From the NCBI GenBank assembly GCA_044230345.1, contig JBGARF010000043.1, positions 1,161 to 65,160 of the forward strand: a stretch of 64,000 nucleotides of DNA, written 5' to 3'. Positions 45,017 through 54,255 of this stretch are shown here, in pieces (within the stretch, counting starts at the first letter, position 1; every line of letters begins with the position of its first letter). The position numbers and the translations under genes were made by a program. This DNA comes from Limisphaerales bacterium. GTDB lineage: Bacteria; Verrucomicrobiota; Verrucomicrobiia; Limisphaerales; JADJPG01. Below the pieces are notes generated by a model that had not been told where the DNA came from, did no database searches, and saw nothing but the letters and a program-made list of their open reading frames with translations.

Positions 45017-47314
45017 ATGAAAAAGATCGAACTGTTCGCGCTGCTGGTCCCTGGATTCATCTCTTCCGCCACGGCGGCCTTGCCGGACCCACCCCAGAAC
45101 CCCGCTCCTGCCTGGATCTACGCCTCGACTCACTTTGCCCGGGTGACATGGGATCCCGTCCCTGGAGCCGAGAGCTATACCTTGTATCGCTACGACGATA
45201 CTGCCCAGACCTGGCAGCCCGTCATGTCGGGGGTGACCAACGCAATGGCGTTCGACACGACGGCTGGCTCAGCTGGGCGCTCCTACCGCGTCACCGCGCT
45301 CAATGCCGAAGGCGAAAGTTTGCCGTCGGCAATCGTGACCACTCAGGACAGCAACTACATCCCCTACTTTTCGTTCACTCCGCCCGGGACCTACCCCGGC
45401 ACGCTGAGCCCCACCAGCGTTACGATCGAGTGGATCGTCAGCCTGACCAGCGGGGCCGATGGCATGCTGGAAATCGGGCCGTCCCCGACCAGTTTGACCG
45501 TGGTGGGATTCCACCCCGAATACGCCTTTGGCCATTCCTTCCTGATCACCAACCTGACGCCCGCGACGACGTACTTTTATCGCGTCGCTTCCGTGGGCAC
45601 CAATCGAGTGGGTTCGACCGCGATGCAACTGTTCACCACGCCAGACTACAACCACCCGCCGGTGGCCACCGACATAACCCTGGCCCCCATCGTCGACCCC
45701 TGGACGGTCACCGTGGCCCTCACGGGCACGGACCCGGATGGCGTTTGGTCGCCCCTGGAATTTGCCATTGTGACGCCGCCGACCAACGGTACGGTGTCGG
45801 AAGTTTACTACTACGACTATTGGGGCCCGCGTTACGTCAACTACACTCCGAGTCTTGGCGCGAGGGGCGCAGACGCCTTCCAGTACGTGGTGAACGATGG
45901 CGAACTCAACAGCAATCCGGCGACGGTTTTGATCCCCAGCTTGTTGCTGAACCGGACGCCTCAGCCTGTTTCGTTTTCCACGAACGCGCTGGAGGATACG
46001 CCCCTGGGCCTGACGCTTCAGGCGACTGATGAGGATGGTGATGTCCTGACGTTCTCCTTTGGCGGCTGTCTCCATGGGACGGTCACTGGCGAGCCGCCCA
46101 ATCTTATCTACACTCCTGAGCCTGAATTCAGCGGCACCGATCTCGTGCTGTTCACCGTGAATGACGGCTACCTGGGCGGGTTGGCCCAAGGGACGATTAA
46201 CATTGAGGTGCAGGCTGTGAACGATCCGCCGGTGGCGACGGGACAGGCGCTGACCACGAGCGAGGACACCTCCTTGGGGATCAGCCTTGCGGCGACCGAT
46301 CCCGATTCTGGGATGCTCACGATGATCGTGATCGAACCTCCGCTGCACGGGACCCTGAGCGGAACGCCGCCCAATCTGATCTATACCCCCGCGGTGAACT
46401 ATGCCGGGCCCGACCGCTTCTTCTTCCAGGCCAGCGACGGTGTGTCGTCTGGCCCAATCGCCGAAGTGGCATTGACCGTTGTGCCGGCTAACGACTCGCC
46501 GGTTATCGTTCCGCAAGACTACACCCTCGCCGAGGACACGGTGTTGTCCTTCGCTGTCTCGGCAGTCGATGTGGATGGTGACGCCCTGGTTTTTCAGGTT
46601 TCGACTCTGCCGGCCCATGGAAGCCTGAGTGGAGTCGGTCCGAACTTTGTCTACACTCCAGGCGCCAACTTTAGCGGCTTGGATCGGATCGAAGTGATTG
46701 TCTTCGACGGGCAGGGCGGGCTCGACACGACGACGATTAATTTTACGGTTCAGCCCGTGCCGGATGCGCCCCGCGCTGATGCCCAGGCTGTCGCCGTCCC
46801 GTATAACACCGCGGTCGCCTTGACCTTGACGGGCAGTGACGTCGACGGCGATGCCTTGGGCTTTGTGCTGGTGAGTTCGCCGGGGGGCGGCGTGCTGACG
46901 GGAACGGGGCCCAACCTGACCTTTACGCCGACGGTCGGTTGGACCGGGGTGACGACGTTTACTTTCAAGGTGAACGACGGCGGGTTGGACAGCGCGAATG
47001 CCACGGTAACCCTGACGGTGAGTGCTCCGAGTGGCGTTCCGACGCCGCCGAATGGGTTGGCGGCAAGCGTTGCGTCGCGCTCCCGGATCAACCTTGGTTG
47101 GAACGATAACTCCTCGAACGAGGACGGGTTTAAGGTCGAGCGTTCGACTAATGGCAGCACCTGGACGCAGATTGCAACGGTCGGGCCCAACGTCACGACC
47201 TACGCCAGCACGGGCTTGAGTGCGAACAAGACGTACTACTATCGCGTGCGGGCGTTTAATCTCCGCGGCAACTCGCCTTACTCCAATGTTGTGTCCGCGA
47301 AAACGCTGCGGTGA
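45017..47314 (+). CDS. Secreted protein with FN3 domains flanking tandem cadherin/Ig-like repeats
   Basis: The signal peptide is MKKIELFALLVPGFISSATA. Repeats of the type NDPPVATGQALTTSEDTSLGISLAATDPD...LHGTLSG.PPNLIYTP..N(Y/F)(A/S)G.D are present. The C-terminal FN3 is INLGWNDNSSNEDGFKVERSTNGSTW...KTYYYRVRAFN. Confidence 0.85.
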   Translation: MKKIELFALLVPGFISSATAALPDPPQNPAPAWIYASTHFARVTWDPVPGAESYTLYRYDDTAQTWQPVMSGVTNAMAFDTTAGSAGRSYRVTALNAEGESLPSAIVTTQDSNYIPYFSFTPPGTYPGTLSPTSVTIEWIVSLTSGADGMLEIGPSPTSLTVVGFHPEYAFGHSFLITNLTPATTYFYRVASVGTNRVGSTAMQLFTTPDYNHPPVATDITLAPIVDPWTVTVALTGTDPDGVWSPLEFAIVTPPTNGTVSEVYYYDYWGPRYVNYTPSLGARGADAFQYVVNDGELNSNPATVLIPSLLLNRTPQPVSFSTNALEDTPLGLTLQATDEDGDVLTFSFGGCLHGTVTGEPPNLIYTPEPEFSGTDLVLFTVNDGYLGGLAQGTINIEVQAVNDPPVATGQALTTSEDTSLGISLAATDPDSGMLTMIVIEPPLHGTLSGTPPNLIYTPAVNYAGPDRFFFQASDGVSSGPIAEVALTVVPANDSPVIVPQDYTLAEDTVLSFAVSAVDVDGDALVFQVSTLPAHGSLSGVGPNFVYTPGANFSGLDRIEVIVFDGQGGLDTTTINFTVQPVPDAPRADAQAVAVPYNTAVALTLTGSDVDGDALGFVLVSSPGGGVLTGTGPNLTFTPTVGWTGVTTFTFKVNDGGLDSANATVTLTVSAPSGVPTPPNGLAASVASRSRINLGWNDNSSNEDGFKVERSTNGSTWTQIATVGPNVTTYASTGLSANKTYYYRVRAFNLRGNSPYSNVVSAKTLR

Positions 47315-47458
47315 GCTTGGCCGAAATTTGGGACGAACCAACAAACGGGAGTTCACCCTCGGTGCCCCGGAGCGCTGACGCAGAGTTTCTGCTTTCGGCC
47401 GGCTCGTTTCCGGTCAATGCTGTGGGCGGACTTCGGCCTTTGATGGCGGGGTCCGGGC

Positions 47459-48550
47459 ATGACCAAAAAAGATCCAATTCCTGTCACCGTCCTGACCGGC
47501 TTTCTCGGGGCCGGCAAGACCACGCTGCTCAACTATCTTCTCTCCCAGCCGCACGGGCACAAATGCGCGATCATCATCAACGAGTTCGGCGCCATCAGCA
47601 TCGACAATCAGCTGGTGGTGGGGGTCGATGAGGAAATCCTGGAATTGAACAACGGCTGCTTGTGTTGCCGTGTACGCGGCGATCTCGTGCGCAGCCTGGA
47701 GGATCTGTTTCGGAAACAGAAACGATTCGACTATGTCCTGATCGAAACCACGGGCCTGGCCGATCCGAGTCCGGTCATCCACACCTTTCGGGCCACGGAT
47801 CTGGCTGACCGCCTCCGGCTCGACGGCGTCGTTACCGTGGTCGACGCCCGCCATTTCGAAAAGGAGCTGGGCGATGGCCCGGAGCCTGCCGCCCAGGTGG
47901 CCTACGCCGACGTGATTCTGTTGAACAAGACGGACCTGGTGTCGGAAGCCGATTTGGTTCGACTCGAGCGACGCATCCGGAAACTGAACGCGGTCGCCGT
48001 CATTCATCGGACCAAAAATTCGCAGATCGAGCCGGGCCGAATCTTCGATCAAAAGGCGCGCGAAGTGTCCGGCGCGTTTTCAATGCCGGCCGCGCCCGGA
48101 ACAGTCGAGGACCACGATCATGACCATGATCACGATCACGATCACGACCATGATCATGAACACGATCACGATCACGATCACGATCTCGGGCATGGGCATG
48201 GGCATGGAACGGACGAACACGCGCGCCACCACCATCATCACCATCACGATGAAGGCATCGCCTCGTTCTTTATCAGCGAGGAGCGGCCGTTGGATTTGAA
48301 GAAGGTCGAGGCGTGGCTGAGCGAGGTCATTCGGGACCTGGGCGCCAATATTTATCGGAGCAAGGGCATCTTGTATATCCACGGACAGGCCCGTCGGGTG
48401 GTGTTCCAGGGCGTGCAGACCATGTTCGATGCCCGTCCGGATCGTCTTTGGAACGTGGGCGAAAAGAAGATCAGCCAGCTGGTCTTCATCGGGAAGGATC
48501 TCGACGAACAGAAGATTCGTCGGGGCTTTGCCGCGTGCATCGCGGGATGA
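47459..48550 (+). CDS. COG0523 (CobW/ZigA/YeiR-like) metallochaperone GTPase with a His-rich insert
   Basis: The P-loop is LTGFLGAGKTTLLN. GCLCCRVRGDL is the CXCC motif. A (HD)n/(HG)n/H7 tract follows, then a CobW_C-like end. Confidence 0.9.
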   Translation: MTKKDPIPVTVLTGFLGAGKTTLLNYLLSQPHGHKCAIIINEFGAISIDNQLVVGVDEEILELNNGCLCCRVRGDLVRSLEDLFRKQKRFDYVLIETTGLADPSPVIHTFRATDLADRLRLDGVVTVVDARHFEKELGDGPEPAAQVAYADVILLNKTDLVSEADLVRLERRIRKLNAVAVIHRTKNSQIEPGRIFDQKAREVSGAFSMPAAPGTVEDHDHDHDHDHDHDHDHEHDHDHDHDLGHGHGHGTDEHARHHHHHHHDEGIASFFISEERPLDLKKVEAWLSEVIRDLGANIYRSKGILYIHGQARRVVFQGVQTMFDARPDRLWNVGEKKISQLVFIGKDLDEQKIRRGFAACIAG

Positions 48551-48553
48551 GGA

Positions 48554-48880
48554 TTGGGCATGCCTGATAACGGGCAGAAGTCGGACCGCATGGACGGCGG
48601 GTCGCCTGGCTGGCATCGGCCCAAGACCCAATTGTTTCGCGCGTTGAGCGTGCTTTGGTGTTTTCCGACGGCCGGTTCGTGCTTAATCCTGGCCTTGAAC
48701 TGGGCGGCTTGGAGTGGCGCACAATCGTTCCAGGGGGCGCTGGCTGCGACCCGGGTGGAACAATGGGTTGCGCTGGGCCTGCTCCTGGCGCATGCCGCCA
48801 TCCTGTTCCTGGCCCGGCGTTTTGACCGCATCGAGCAGCCGGTCGAATTGTCTCCAGAGGCGGAAGATCAACCGGACTAG
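48554..48880 (+). CDS. Small hypothetical membrane protein
   Basis: It starts 4 nt after the COG0523 stop. Two hydrophobic segments are present ([23 protein letters not shown] and [17 protein letters not shown]). Codons show GC3 bias. Confidence 0.4.
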   Translation: MGMPDNGQKSDRMDGGSPGWHRPKTQLFRALSVLWCFPTAGSCLILALNWAAWSGAQSFQGALAATRVEQWVALGLLLAHAAILFLARRFDRIEQPVELSPEAEDQPD

Positions 48881-48957
48881 GGAGGGATGGAGCAGGACGG
48901 CAAAAAAATCCAATGACAAGCGGGGGCAAATCCCTTTCACTCACCGGGATTTTCGAT

Positions 48958-50463
48958 ATGCCGAAACGCACCGACATTCACTCTGTTCTTATCATCGGCG
49001 CCGGGCCCATCATCATTGGCCAGGCGTGCGAATTCGACTATTCGGGTACGCAGGCCTGCAAGGCTCTGCGCGAAGAGGGCTATCGGGTCGTCCTCGTGAA
49101 TTCCAACCCGGCCACGATCATGACCGATCCTGAGTTCGCGGACCGGACCTACATCGAGCCCATCACGCCGGAGGCGGTCGAAAAGATCATCGTTCGTGAG
49201 AAGGAGGAAATGGCCCGGCTCGGTGCGAAGGGCAAGCTGGTCCTTCTCCCCACGCTCGGTGGGCAAACAGCGTTGAACACGTCGATGTCGTTGCACAAAA
49301 ATGGCGCGCTGGCCCGGCACGGGGTCGAGATGATCGGCGCCAAACCCGATGCCATCCATCGCGGTGAAGATCGCGAGGCCTTCAAACAGCTGATGCTCAG
49401 CATCGGCCTCGACGTGCCCATCAGCGGCACCGCCCACAACATGACGGAAGCCTGGGCGGTGGCCGAAAAGATCGGCCGTTTCCCACTCATCATCCGTCCG
49501 GCGTTCACGCTCGGCGGCACCGGCGGCGGCATCGCCTACAACCGGGACGAATTTGAAGAAATTGCCAAGCGCGGCATGGACCTGTCGCCCGTCAGCGAAA
49601 TCCTGGTGGAGGAATCATTGCTCGGTTGGAAGGAATACGAGATGGAAGTCATGCGCGACCGCGCCGACAACTGCGTCATCATCTGTTCCATCGAGAACTT
49701 TGATCCGATGGGCGTGCACACCGGCGACAGCATCACGGTGGCTCCCATCCAGACCCTGACCGACAAGGAATTTCAGATCATGCGCGACCAGAGCTTCGCG
49801 GTGATTCGCGCGGTCGGCGTCGAGACCGGCGGTTCGAACATACAGTTCGGCGTCGATCCGAACACGGGGCGCATGGTCATCATCGAGATGAACCCGCGCG
49901 TCAGCCGCAGCTCGGCGCTGGCTTCAAAGGCGACCGGCTTTCCCATCGCCAAGATCGCGGCCAAGCTCGCCGTTGGTTACTTGCTCGACGAGATTCGCAA
50001 TGACATCACCCGCGAGACTCCGGCCAGCTTTGAGCCGACGATTGACTACGTCGTAACCAAGATTCCGCGGTTTGCCTTCGAGAAGTTCCCGCAAGCGGAT
50101 CCCACGCTGACCACGCAGATGAAGAGCGTGGGCGAGGCGATGGCCATCGGGCGTACGTTCAAGGAAAGCCTTCAGAAATGCCTGCGTTCGCTCGAGATTG
50201 GGCGGAGCGGCCTGGGCGGCGACGGCAAGCCGTGGCGGATCGGGGCCGATGTCTATGGTGATCGCGACATTCTGCCGCGGGAAGTCATCAGCCGAAAGCT
50301 GAGCGTGCCCAATGCCGAACGCATCTTCTTTATCCGACACGCGCTCCGGGCTGGGTTCACCCTCGATGAGATTTTCAACCTGACGAAAATCGATCGATGG
50401 TTCCTGACGCAGCTCAAGGAGATCGTGGACTTCGAGGAAGAGTTGGCGGCGTCGCGGAATTGA
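48958..50463 (+). CDS. carB: Carbamoyl-phosphate synthase large subunit, N-terminal half only (501 aa)
   Basis: The protein starts [59 protein letters not shown]. The first ATP-grasp domain and part of the oligomerisation domain are present. The ORF stops after [28 protein letters not shown]. Confidence 0.85.
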   Translation: MPKRTDIHSVLIIGAGPIIIGQACEFDYSGTQACKALREEGYRVVLVNSNPATIMTDPEFADRTYIEPITPEAVEKIIVREKEEMARLGAKGKLVLLPTLGGQTALNTSMSLHKNGALARHGVEMIGAKPDAIHRGEDREAFKQLMLSIGLDVPISGTAHNMTEAWAVAEKIGRFPLIIRPAFTLGGTGGGIAYNRDEFEEIAKRGMDLSPVSEILVEESLLGWKEYEMEVMRDRADNCVIICSIENFDPMGVHTGDSITVAPIQTLTDKEFQIMRDQSFAVIRAVGVETGGSNIQFGVDPNTGRMVIIEMNPRVSRSSALASKATGFPIAKIAAKLAVGYLLDEIRNDITRETPASFEPTIDYVVTKIPRFAFEKFPQADPTLTTQMKSVGEAMAIGRTFKESLQKCLRSLEIGRSGLGGDGKPWRIGADVYGDRDILPREVISRKLSVPNAERIFFIRHALRAGFTLDEIFNLTKIDRWFLTQLKEIVDFEEELAASRN

Positions 50464-50572
50464 TTTTGGGAATGAGGCCTCCCGCGGAAACTCGCCGCCG
50501 GGAGATCGGCCTTCACGTCAAGTCTGCGGGTGGGGGCAAGGCGAAAGTAAAGAAACGATAGGTGAGTCACCC

Positions 50573-51328
50573 ATGTTCAAGCGGCGCCTGTTCTGTCTCA
50601 AACCCGACGATGCATCGATGCTTCAAGCGGGGCCGGGTCCGTCCTGTTCTTGTCTGGATGCGCAGTATGGCGATGGGGTTTTTCCGGAGTTGATCCTCCA
50701 TCAGGACGTGCAGGACACCAACGGCGAGGCGTGGCGTCGGTTGGTGGAACTGATTGCCCGCGCGATTGACTCGGACGCTGAGGAGTTCGCACCCGGTCTC
50801 GCCATGCCACCCGAGTTGTGGGCCAAGATTGTAACTTTGCCGCCCTCGATCGGACATCTGACCTCAGTCAAACGTTTGTACCTTTACTCGAGCCATCTGG
50901 TCCGAATCCCGCCAGAGATTGGCCGCCTGACAAAACTGGAGGAGCTCGACCTGTACACCTCTTACCGGCTGCATTGGTTGCCTTATGAGGTTACTCGTTG
51001 CGCCCGGTTGAAGCGGAGTCGATTCAGCACCCGGGCCCTGTACGGGAATTATAAGTATCGCCCGCCGTTTCCGAAGCTGAACACCGATGCCTCCTTGTGG
51101 TTGGCGGACAAGTGTCGCTGCAGTGTTTGTGATCGGGACATCCCGGCAGCCGCCGTTCGACAGGCGTGGATATCGAGGTTGGCGGGTAAGGACGTTCTAC
51201 CGTTGCTGGTCAACGCTTGTTCTGAGGATTGCATCGCCCGCCTGCCGCCGCCGGCGAAGGGATATGTGGATCATCCCCATGCGGGCGGCTTGAGCGTGCG
51301 CCAGCCGGAACCTGGATTTGTCCGGTAA
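50573..51328 (+). CDS. Leucine-rich-repeat protein with a C-terminal Cys cluster and no signal peptide
   Basis: LRR units are LPPSIGHLTSVKRLYLYSSHLVRIPPEIGRLTKLEELDLYTSYRLHWLPYEVTRCARLKR. The Cys cluster is CRCSVCD...CSEDC. Confidence 0.7.
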   Translation: MFKRRLFCLKPDDASMLQAGPGPSCSCLDAQYGDGVFPELILHQDVQDTNGEAWRRLVELIARAIDSDAEEFAPGLAMPPELWAKIVTLPPSIGHLTSVKRLYLYSSHLVRIPPEIGRLTKLEELDLYTSYRLHWLPYEVTRCARLKRSRFSTRALYGNYKYRPPFPKLNTDASLWLADKCRCSVCDRDIPAAAVRQAWISRLAGKDVLPLLVNACSEDCIARLPPPAKGYVDHPHAGGLSVRQPEPGFVR

Positions 51329-51383
51329 CGCGGGTGTCGGGGGGGATTGGTTTGCGTTCGGTCTGGAGTGGCCGGGTCGGATC

Positions 51384-51496
51384 CCACCGGTCCCACCGTT
51401 ACGCGCCTGCTGGAGATTACGCCCAAACTGTGCCTGCCGATCAGGTTTCCGGCAATTCCATGAACTACCGCTGGAGGGCTACGGGAATCCCCGATC
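51384..51496. repeat. Dispersed repeat family B, copy 1
   Basis: CACCGGTCCCACCGTTACGCGCCTGCTGGAGATTACGCCCAAACTGTGCC matches 60358-60407 at 49 of 50 positions. Weaker similarity continues for about 60 nt. Confidence 0.8.
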
Positions 51497-51583
51497 GGAT
51501 CGCAAGGGTGAGCAGGTAAAAAAGGAGCGGGCGACTCTCTCCCATGAACCTACCGGTCCACGAGGGGGGATCAGCCGCGAAAA

Positions 51584-51630
51584 GGCACAAAGGGCACAAA
51601 ACGAAACTCTGCTTTTGTGCCCTTTGTGCC
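51584..51630. repeat. Perfect 18-bp-stem hairpin
   Basis: GGCACAAAGGGCACAAAA-CGAAACTCTGC-TTTTGTGCCCTTTGTGCC. Confidence 0.85.
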
Positions 51631-51689
51631 TCTTCGTGGCCATTCCGGCGCTTGGATCGTATTTGGATACCGTCCACGGTTCATGGCCC

Positions 51690-51810
51690 GTGAGCAGGTC
51701 AAAAAGAACGGGTGGCTGCCCATGGACCGCATTTGGAATTGCGAATTGAAAAATGGTTATTGGTGATCGCGGGGAGCGATTCCCAATAACCAATAATCAA
51801 TGTCAAATTC
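51690..51810. repeat. 121-nt direct repeat, copy 1 (GTGAGCAGGTCAAAAA...CCCATGGACC head plus an AT-rich hairpin tail)
   Basis: Positions 51728-51810 are identical to 52098-52180 (83 nt). The head differs at a few positions. Confidence 0.9.
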
Positions 51811-51842
51811 CCAATTCGCCACGACTTGAGTTGATCAGCTTC

Positions 51843-51892
51843 ATGTCTGGTGAGCAGGTCAAAAAAAGGAACGGGTGGCTTCCCATGAACCG
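51843..51892. repeat. Head-only copy of the same repeat
   Basis: ATGTCTGGTGAGCAGGTCAAAAAAAGGAACGGGTGGCTTCCCATGAACCG aligns to 52052-52099. A degenerate head also lies at 51508-51550. Confidence 0.8.
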
Positions 51893-51961
51893 GAGGATCG
51901 ACCAGAAGGCACGTGACGCGGAGATTCGGCAACCTGTCAATCGAGCCGCCCGGCGCGGACA

Positions 51962-51990
51962 CCCTCTCCGCCGCCCTGCGGGGGAGAGGG
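51962..51990. repeat. CCCTCTCC/GGAGAGGG hairpin repeat, copy 3
   Basis: CCCTCTCC-N13-GGAGAGGG. Confidence 0.6.
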
Positions 51991-52051
51991 CAGGTTCCGA
52001 ACTCGCCCGAGCGAGATCGGAACCGGGTGAGGTGGAGCAGTCCGCTGGTTG

Positions 52052-52180
52052 ATGTCTGGTGAGCAGATCAAAAATGAACGGGTGGCTTCCCATGAACCGC
52101 ATTTGGAATTGCGAATTGAAAAATGGTTATTGGTGATCGCGGGGAGCGATTCCCAATAACCAATAATCAATGTCAAATTC
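52052..52180. repeat. Direct repeat, copy 2
   Basis: See 51690-51810. This copy ends 4 nt before the stop codon of the convergent kinase gene. Confidence 0.9.
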
Positions 52181-52184
52181 GGAC

Positions 52185-54173
52185 TCAATCACGAGCAAGG
52201 CGTTCCGCAATCGCGCGTAAATCTGAGCCCATGGCGGAAGCCGACGGGTATCGACGTTCCACTGAGAACTCACACGCCTTGCACACCACCCGGTTGATCT
52301 CGAAGTAAAGCCCGCTGTCCGGCTGGCTGGTCACTTGCGTGGGCAGCTCCGGGCACTGCGCCGGGGCCTTGCCGGTCAACATCACGTAGAGCACACGTCC
52401 CAGGCTGAACACATCGGCCGCCGCCGTGCCGGGCCCTTCCGGCGCCATGTATCCTTCCGTGCCGATGTGGCTGACTTCGCCCGGGCCGGCAAGCGAAGTG
52501 ACGAGATCGATGTCCGCGAGCTTGGGGCGGCCCTGCACGAATATGATGTTGTCGGGTTTGATGTCGCGATGAACCAGCTGGTGTTGGTGAAGGCGCTCGA
52601 CGGCATCGGTCAAGGCGAGCAGCAACTCGAGGCATTCTTTCGGTGGCAACGGTCCCCGCGACTTCAATTCGTTGGACAGCGTCTTGGGAGCATAGGTGTT
52701 GGGGTCGATCCGCTGGGCGGACTTCACATCGTCGCCCGCTTCCATCAGGTAGAAGAAGAATCCGGCGCGATCGTTGCGGCCGACGTGCAGGAGGTGGACA
52801 AAGCCCTGATGGGAACGGGAGATGGGCATGAACTTCTGGATCCCGCGCAGGGCGCGTTCGTAGGGCACCTCGGTTCCGAAGCGGCTGCGGTAGATCACTT
52901 TTAGGGCGTGGTGGAGCCCAAGGGTGTTGCGAGCCAGCCAGACCTGGCCGTAGGCCCCTTCGCCAATGCAACGGACGAGAGTTTGGTCAGGAATCTGCGG
53001 TCGGCCATCCAGTTGAGTTTCCGGGGCGAGCTGGGCCAGGCGAACGGCCTTGGCGTTCTCGAGGGTGCGGCCAAAGAGCACGATGAGCAGCGCGCAGGGA
53101 ATCTCGACGATCACCATGTTCACCCAGGGGAACCAGCACCTGGTTGCGACGGTGGTGACGACGGCCGCAATCGAGAGTGCGACGAACAGTCCGGCTGCTC
53201 CGAGCAGCGCCCGAGCGGGTGATCCTGCGCCGAAGCCTGCGGCCCAGGCGGCGACGAATCCCGCCAGGGCCAGAAGCGCCACTTCGGTCAGCAGCCCGGT
53301 TCGGCGCAGCCATTGCTCCGAAATCAAATTGGCGTAGGCAACCGCGATCAATTCCACGCCCGGAGCAAATTCCTCGTTCCATTTGGTGAAAGGCGTGCCG
53401 AAGACGTCGGCGGTGTCTCCGCGCATTTGCGTGTCCGGATGCCCTCCGATGAAGACGGCCTTGTCGCGAAAAAAGCCCGGGGCTGCTGCTTCCGCATTGG
53501 TGTAGCTCATGGCGCTGGCCGCGAACGGCCGGCCCATTCCGTAATAGTTCAACCAGCGTATCTCGGACCTTCGGCGGTCTGGACTGCGCGTTGCCGGCGC
53601 GCCGCTGACCGAGGCGGCCACCCACGCGAGACTCGCTTCATCGCCGGGCCCTTCCTCGAACTGGCGCCCGACCCGGTCTCCAGCGAGCAATACTTTCGCG
53701 ATGCCCCAGCCGGCAGCGTTGGTCTCAAAGAGTTCATACGGTGGATTGATCGTGAATCCGACGGCCACGCCCGCCAACGGCGACTTGCCACCGGCCAGGA
53801 CAACCCGCCCGTTGTCGCGAATCGCCCGGACCAGTTTCTCATCGTCGTCCCGGTTGCTCGCCTCGGGCATCTCGACGTCGAACACCACCACCTTCGGCTG
53901 GTCTTGTGTCAGGCGATTGAGCAGACGCGCGTGAATGGCCCGGGACCAATACTTGCCGGGTTGCTGTCGATAGTCCTGCACCGCCTGTTCGTCCATGTGC
54001 ACGACGATGATGTTGGTTAGGTGGTGCCCGGGCTGAAAGAGTTGCGGCAGGTCATAGCTCCAGCGCGCCAGCGGATTCTGCGTGCCGAGAGGTAGCAGCA
54101 GGATCCAGCCAGCCAGCACCGCCGCGACAGCGGCGATCACTCCCCATCGGCGATTGCTGGTGTGAATTCCCAT
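52185..54173 (-). CDS. CHASE2-domain membrane Ser/Thr protein kinase
   Basis: I chose the ATG at 54173 (MGIHTSNRRWGVIAAVAAVLAGWILLL). The longer ORF-track start would run into the MITE-like repeat. The CHASE2-like region is IIVVHMDEQ...PKVVVFDVEM...VVLAGG, followed by TM segments. Kinase motifs are IGEGAYGQVW, ALKVI, HRDIKPDNI, LADIDLV and GYMAPE. Confidence 0.85.
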   Translation of the reverse strand: MGIHTSNRRWGVIAAVAAVLAGWILLLPLGTQNPLARWSYDLPQLFQPGHHLTNIIVVHMDEQAVQDYRQQPGKYWSRAIHARLLNRLTQDQPKVVVFDVEMPEASNRDDDEKLVRAIRDNGRVVLAGGKSPLAGVAVGFTINPPYELFETNAAGWGIAKVLLAGDRVGRQFEEGPGDEASLAWVAASVSGAPATRSPDRRRSEIRWLNYYGMGRPFAASAMSYTNAEAAAPGFFRDKAVFIGGHPDTQMRGDTADVFGTPFTKWNEEFAPGVELIAVAYANLISEQWLRRTGLLTEVALLALAGFVAAWAAGFGAGSPARALLGAAGLFVALSIAAVVTTVATRCWFPWVNMVIVEIPCALLIVLFGRTLENAKAVRLAQLAPETQLDGRPQIPDQTLVRCIGEGAYGQVWLARNTLGLHHALKVIYRSRFGTEVPYERALRGIQKFMPISRSHQGFVHLLHVGRNDRAGFFFYLMEAGDDVKSAQRIDPNTYAPKTLSNELKSRGPLPPKECLELLLALTDAVERLHQHQLVHRDIKPDNIIFVQGRPKLADIDLVTSLAGPGEVSHIGTEGYMAPEGPGTAAADVFSLGRVLYVMLTGKAPAQCPELPTQVTSQPDSGLYFEINRVVCKACEFSVERRYPSASAMGSDLRAIAERLARD

Positions 54174-54255
54174 CGAGCTTGACCTGATGCGGTCAACACT
54201 GGGAATGCGCCCGGACAAATTGCAAAAGAAAAGTGGGGTCCAGCTAGGCCCCCGA

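Noticed and set aside
47315-47458. Zur box or cobalamin riboswitch upstream of the COG0523 GTPase
   Set aside because: No AT-rich palindrome and no B12-box-like sequence is visible in the 144-nt spacer.
48913-48957. 15-codon N-terminal extension of carB ([15 protein letters not shown])
   Set aside because: CarB proteins start at MPKRTDI, and the extension has no support.
51690-52180. Possible diversity-generating retroelement TR/VR pair (two roughly 120-nt near-identical repeats)
   Set aside because: No reverse transcriptase is present in the window and neither copy lies in a coding region. The few differences are not adenine-specific.
51329-52184. Possible CRISPR array, given regularly spaced repeats of about 45 nt
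   Set aside because: The spacers are 110-165 nt, far longer than CRISPR spacers. Two of the 'spacers' are identical over 83 nt, the repeats are degenerate, and no cas genes lie nearby. The region is better explained as stacked dispersed repeats.
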